A program made the position numbers and the translations under genes. Source: Planktothrix sp. GU0601_MAG3 (GTDB taxonomy: Bacteria; Cyanobacteriota; Cyanobacteriia; Cyanobacteriales; Microcoleaceae). Taken from it: 64,000 bases of DNA. The notes under the pieces are model-generated. The model saw nothing but the letters and a program-made list of their open reading frames with translations, was not told where the DNA came from and did not search any database. Location: positions 2,708,578 to 2,772,577 of the forward strand of contig CP136572.1 of assembly GCA_035193785.1 (NCBI GenBank). The letters run 5' to 3'. Below, piece by piece: positions 59,043-64,000 of the stretch. Position 1 is the stretch's first letter. Each line of letters starts with the position of its first letter.

Positions 59043-59793
59043 GAGCAATCACCCGTCGTTAATTTGCTAACAGTCTCTAGTTTATGCTATAATCCAGGGA
59101 CAGTATTATATATATTGCCTACATATCAAAACAAAAAAATAAAAGTTAGCAAAAAAGTATCAGCATTCGTCTAATATCCAGTTAATGACCTAGAGATCAG
59201 CACTAATTTTGTTTCGGTCGGAGCTTGCCTGACACCCGTTACAGTTGATCGACTTAACGGCAGGTAAGTTGCGACCGAAAAAATGATCCAAAGTCAAAAA
59301 AAAATGTTAGGATAAGAAAGCAGATCTACCAAATTGTGTGGAGATCCGCAAGATTAGTGATTCTCGGTCTTCAGAAAATGTCTAGCCAAAATATAAATAC
59401 CTGATCCCAGGGGCGACATGATTGATGAACGGAAAGTCAAAATATAGTTAGAGTTTTTTGGTCTACTGTCAGACAGTCAGTAGAATCTAAACAAATGCTT
59501 GTGTAAAAGAGTCTGGACGCGGTTTTTAGGACAGAGATGGTCTAAAACTCAACAGACCCCTTAAAACAAGACTCTCCTGTTGCATCAATTGCGATGTAAT
59601 GGTGAGAATGTAAAATCGACTGGACGTGGTAATGCTCGTTTTTCTGTCTTGGACAGGTATCCCTGGCACGAACGATGTCGAGTCAGTAGTTTTGGTCGGA
59701 GCTCGAAAACTGACCCTATCGGTCATAATCAAAAACAAGAGCGCTTACTGCAAAACAACCATTTAATAGGAGCAACCTTAGGATAAAACTCGC

Positions 59794-60841
59794 ATGATCA
59801 ATCAGAAAACAAAACCAAAAGATGTGGGCTTCACCCACGAAGATTTTGCCGCCTTACTCGATAAATACGACTATCACTTTAGTCCCGGTGACGTAGTGGC
59901 GGGGACGGTTTTTAGTCTGGAGCCAAGGGGTGCTCTGATTGACATTGGTGCTAAGACCGCAGCATACATTCCACTACAAGAAATGTCAATTAATCGGGTG
60001 GAAAGTCCTGATGAAGTATTACAGTCTAATGAGACCCGCGAGTTTTTTATCCTCACCGATGAAAACGAAGATGGGCAGTTAACTCTTTCCATTCGTCGCA
60101 TTGAGTATATGCGGGCTTGGGAGCGTGTCCGCCAACTGCAAGCGGAAGATGCTACCGTCCGTTCTCAAGTCTTTGCCACAAATCGGGGCGGTGCTTTGGT
60201 TCGGATTGAAGGATTGCGAGGATTTATTCCTGGCTCCCATATTAGTACACGCAAACCCAAAGAAGAACTCGTTGCTGAAGAATTACCCCTAAAATTCCTA
60301 GAGGTGGATGAGGATCGCAATCGCCTCGTCTTAAGCCATCGTCGGGCCTTAGTTGAGCGGAAGATGAACCGCTTGGAAGTGGGTGAAGTGGTCACAGGAA
60401 ACCGTTAGAGGGATTAAACCTTACGGGGCGTTTATTGATATTGGTGGCGTGAGTGGTCTGCTCCACATCTCTGAGATTTCTCACGATCACATTGACACAC
60501 CCCATAGTGTTTTCAATGTCAATGATGAAGTCAAAGTCATGATTATTGACCTAGATGCCGACCGAGGTCGGATTTCCCTTTCTACAAAACAACTGGAACC
60601 CGAACCAGGAGCTATGGTGAAAAACCCTCAGCTAGTTTATGAGAAAGCTGAGGAAATGGCGGCCAAATTCCGGGAGAAACTTTTGGCTGCGAGCCAGGGA
60701 GCCGCAACGGAAGAATTGCCAACGGAACTGGATGAAGCTGATATTCCATCGGCTATTGAGGAAGATATCCCCCCTGCTATTGAAGAAGATATTCCCTCTG
60801 CTATTGAAGAAGATGTTGAACCTGTAGCTGAAGGGATATAG
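59794..60841 (+). CDS. rps1: 30S ribosomal protein S1 (apparent error near 60398-60402)
   Basis: GFTHEDFAALLDKYDY, three S1 domains, acidic repeat tail. Confidence 0.96.
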
Positions 60842-60859
60842 GTTTCAACAAATCGAGAT

Positions 60860-60890
60860 AAAAAGGGGGATTATCCCTCTTTTTTTTATT
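60860..60890 (+). terminator. Intrinsic terminator after rps1
   Basis: AAAAGGGGGA-TTA-TCCCTCTTTTTTTT. Confidence 0.75.
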
Positions 60891-60912
60891 TTGCCTTGGT
60901 TGTGCGATATTG

Positions 60913-60968
60913 CGAATTACGAATTACGAATTACGAATTACGAATTACGAATTACGAATTACGAATTA
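60913..60968. repeat. STRR (CGAATTA)x8
   Basis: Eight perfect heptamers. Confidence 0.9.
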
Positions 60969-61033
60969 ACAATCAAGAATTAATAATTAACAATATTCTC
61001 TTGTAATTCTTAATCCGATTAAATTAGGAGTTT

Positions 61034-61810
61034 TTGAGGTTGGTCACCCTGCAAGTTCAGAATGTTACTTTTAAGAATATCGAAGCGGTTATTTTCGATA
61101 AAGATGGAACCTTAGAGGATTCTGCGGATTTCTTGAGAAATTTGGCTCAAAAGCGATCGCGTTTAATTGATGCCCAAATTCCAGGAGTCGGAGAACCCTT
61201 ATTAATGGCTTTTGGTGTTCAAGGAGATACCCTTGATCCCACAGGATTAATGGCCGTGGGTAGCCGACGGGAAAATGAAATTGCGGCAGCAGCCTATATT
61301 GCGGAAACGGGACGAGGATGGTCAGAGTCTGTCAATATTGCCCGCGATGCGTTTACGGATGCGGATAAATATTTGAAATCTAGCGCCCGCTCTCCATTAT
61401 TTGTCGGGGGTTTGGAAACCCTTAAATCCCTATCCGATGCAGGGTTAAAATTAGGAATTGTGTCGGCGGCTCCGACCTTGGACGTTCAAAATTTTGTCAC
61501 TCACCATCAGTTAGAACCCTATATTAACTTTCATCAGGGGGTAGATGGCGGCCCGACAAAACCCGATCCGATTTTATTCCTGAATGCTTGTGAAGCCCTG
61601 GGAGTGCATCCTTCTGTGACCTTAATGGTGGGGGATGCTCAGGGAGATATTGATATGGCTTTGGGAGCCGGGGCTGCGGGCTGTGTGGGTGTTTGTTGGA
61701 ACCGATCCAACCATCAACACCTAAATCGGGCGACGGTGGTGATCTCCGATTGGGATCAATTGAAAATTAAGAGCTTGACACTCCCACGAGTATCTTTCGG
61801 GGATTCTTAA
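61034..61810 (+). CDS. HAD-family hydrolase
   Basis: IFDKDGTLED, TKPDP, MVGDAQGD. Confidence 0.9.
   Translation: MRLVTLQVQNVTFKNIEAVIFDKDGTLEDSADFLRNLAQKRSRLIDAQIPGVGEPLLMAFGVQGDTLDPTGLMAVGSRRENEIAAAAYIAETGRGWSESVNIARDAFTDADKYLKSSARSPLFVGGLETLKSLSDAGLKLGIVSAAPTLDVQNFVTHHQLEPYINFHQGVDGGPTKPDPILFLNACEALGVHPSVTLMVGDAQGDIDMALGAGAAGCVGVCWNRSNHQHLNRATVVISDWDQLKIKSLTLPRVSFGDS
61775..61810 (-). mobile_element. IS200/IS605 right-end remnant overlapping the HAD gene 3' end
   Basis: Minus strand AAGAATCCCCGAAAGATACTCGTGGGAGTGTCAA resembles 56299-56334. Confidence 0.5.
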
Positions 61811-62067
61811 AACAAATTTGACTTTTAACGGCGATATCAAAACGCCTCTGCCCACTAGATTAGGATATGACCCTAATTTTGCTAATACTGTTCGCAAAGA
61901 TCGTAATGTTGTCTGAAAATTTATGTAAAGATTTTTGTACTTTCTTTAAGATTTGTGTGCTATAGTCAAGACATGAGCAATTTTAAAATCATGTTCTGTT
62001 AAAGTTCATCCCCTGTTTTGAAACTCAAGATTGGTTTTTGTACAAATTTTAGTCTGGAATTTACATT

Positions 62068-63029
62068 ATGTCATTTACAGTCGATTCAGCCCGTGGGATT
62101 TTTCCAAATACTTTAACTGCTGACGTAGTACCAGCCACAATCGCCCGCTTCAATCAACTTAATGCTGAAGATCAACTGGCATTAATCTGGTTTGCTTACC
62201 TTGAAATGGGTAAAACGATTACCGTTGCTGCTTTAGGCGCGGCTAATATGCAGTTTGCTGAAATAACGATGAATCAAATTCGGCAAATGTCTTTCCAAGA
62301 ACAAACACAGGTCATGTGTGATTTGGCAAACCGAAACCGATACACCAATTTCACGAGCTTACGGTAGTTGGACTGCCAACATTAAGCTAGGTTTTTGGTA
62401 TCAGCTTGGAGAATGGATGGCTCAAGGAATTGTCGCTCCCATTCCATCAGGATATAAGCTATCAGCTAATGCAGCTTCTGTACTGCAAGCAATTCAAGGA
62501 CTAGAATCAGGTCAACAAATCACTGTTTTACGCAATTGCGTTGTTGACATGGGATTTGATACAAGTAAGTTTGATAGTTTTCAGAGAGTTTCTGAACCTG
62601 TGGTTGTTCCTAAAGATATGGCACAACGGACTCAAGTTACTATCGAAGGTGTTGATAATCCCACGGTTCTCAACTACATGAATAACATGAACGCCAATGA
62701 CTTTGATGTGCTGATTGAGTTATTCACCCCTGATGGAGCGCTTCAACCTCCTTTTCAGAAACCCATTGTGGGGAAAGATGCTGTTCTTCGATTTTTCCGA
62801 GAAGAGTGTCAGAATCTCAAGTTGATTCCAGAGCGAGGCGTAACAGAAACCCGCAGAGGGTGGTTATACCCAAATCAAAGTAACGGGTAAAGTGCAAACT
62901 CCTTGGTTTGGCGCCGGTGTGGGCATGAATATGGCTTGGAGATTTTTGCTAAGTCCTGAAAATAAAATTTTCTTTGTGGCAATTGACTTGTTAGCATCAC
63001 CTAAAGAGTTGTTAAATCTAGTTCGTTAA
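62068..63029 (+). CDS. ocp: Orange carotenoid protein (apparent errors near 62333 and 62846)
   Basis: MSFTVDSARGIFPNTL, DQLALIWFAY, IKLGFWYQLG, NTF2 domain ending IDLLASPKELLNLVR. Confidence 0.96.
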
Positions 63030-63264
63030 TTAATAAACGAATCTAATTTAATATAGCAACGGGTTTCAACCCGTTGCCACCCAGACAAAACCCTAATTGT
63101 GTGGGTTTTTTAGAGTCTATTTTTTAATAAATAGTATATTTTAACTGGTGGTTTAAAGGGGAAAATAATAAATAGTTTTTATTTTGCCTGTTGGTGCGAT
63201 TTAACAAACATAAGCCTAATTATGGTTGTGTAAGTTCTGATTAATAAACCTTTTAACTTTAGTA

Positions 63265-63594
63265 ATGATGCAAGTAAATGAGATTGAATGGTCTGAGGCA
63301 GAAAAAGAAGTAGCTAAAGCTGCCTTTGACACGGCTTATAAACGAGAAATAAAGGCTTTGATGGACGAAGTTCGTAAACAATCAAGTACGATTGTAGAAA
63401 TTGATGATATCTGGCGTTTGCACGACTTTTTAAGTTCTAGAAGACACAATATAGATGGCAAATATGATTATGAATATTCAGGACTAATTTTTACTTTTGC
63501 CAGTTTGGTTAAAGAAGGTTGGCTACATCTTAATGAACTAGATGGACTCAACACAAATAAGCTGACTAAGATAGCGGCTATTGCCCGTATTTGA
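63265..63594 (+). CDS. frp: Fluorescence recovery protein
   Basis: WSEAEKEVA..AYKREI..IWRLHDFLSSRRHNIDGKYDY; downstream of ocp. Confidence 0.93.
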   Translation: MMQVNEIEWSEAEKEVAKAAFDTAYKREIKALMDEVRKQSSTIVEIDDIWRLHDFLSSRRHNIDGKYDYEYSGLIFTFASLVKEGWLHLNELDGLNTNKLTKIAAIARI

Positions 63595-63647
63595 TACTCT
63601 GGGCGAATATCGCGACGGGGATTATTAAAACAATTTGAGTTTTAACA

Positions 63648-63716
63648 TTGACAATCTGGCTACCAAAGCCGCCGTCTGCTCGGCTAAAGGGCGGGGCTTT
63701 AAACCGATAATTTTCG
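63648..63716 (-). mobile_element. Miniature IS200/IS605-like end remnant
   Basis: Minus strand TTAC|CGAAAATTATCGGTTTAAAGCCCCGCCCTTTAG...GGCGGCTTT...TGTCAA. Confidence 0.5.
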
Positions 63717-63895
63717 GTAAATTGGGAATAACCCCTGTATAATTGCTGATCGTCGCAACTTTCCATAATATTATCCGTCCCATCATAAAAGCAAACTTGC
63801 GAATTTGATGAGAATTAAGAGATGATGCTGTAGTAGTGTAATTTCAATGCCGTTCTACTGGACAAATCTCAGTCGAATATAAGGAGGAATGATCA

Positions 63896-64000
63896 TTGTC
63901 TCGCCGTTACCTGTTTACGTCTGAATCCGTTACTGAAGGCCATCCTGACAAAATCTGCGATCAAATTTCCGATACGATTTTAGATGCCTTATTAACTCAA
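63896..64000 (+). CDS. metK: S-adenosylmethionine synthetase (5' part)
   Basis: RBS AAGGAGG, TTG start, [30 protein letters not shown]. Confidence 0.95.
   Translation, partial: MSRRYLFTSESVTEGHPDKICDQISDTILDALLTQ

Overview
64-kb chromosomal window of a filamentous cyanobacterium (psbB, psbT, psb28, ocp/frp, frequent HIP1 GCGATCGC octamers, heptamer STRR repeats; Oscillatoriales/Planktothrix-like by inference). Mostly housekeeping genes (typA, pfkA, glgX, moaB, mnmA, moeB, ligA, truB, yidD, menG, ssb, nrdR, rps1, metK start), plus a phosphate-stress cluster (Pho box, SphR-like regulator, phoX, porin), two toxin-antitoxin loci, an orphan C5 methyltransferase, an intact group II intron and many small repeats and IS200/IS605 relics. 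Most striking: about 30 apparent frameshifts, including in essential genes, can each be repaired at one 4-bp context (GAAC/GTTC read as GAAAC/GTTTC). That points to a motif-specific base-calling error, plausibly caused by a DNA modification; GAAC/GTTC is a known Dnd phosphorothioation motif. Other leads: the intron sits in a putatively structured 5' leader of a response regulator; TnpB-less omegaRNA-like relics surround psbB; a 24-bp HIP1-containing direct repeat bounds a protease/TA islet; an orphan solute-binding protein is paired with a chemoreceptor. All calls come from manual reading; no database searches were run.
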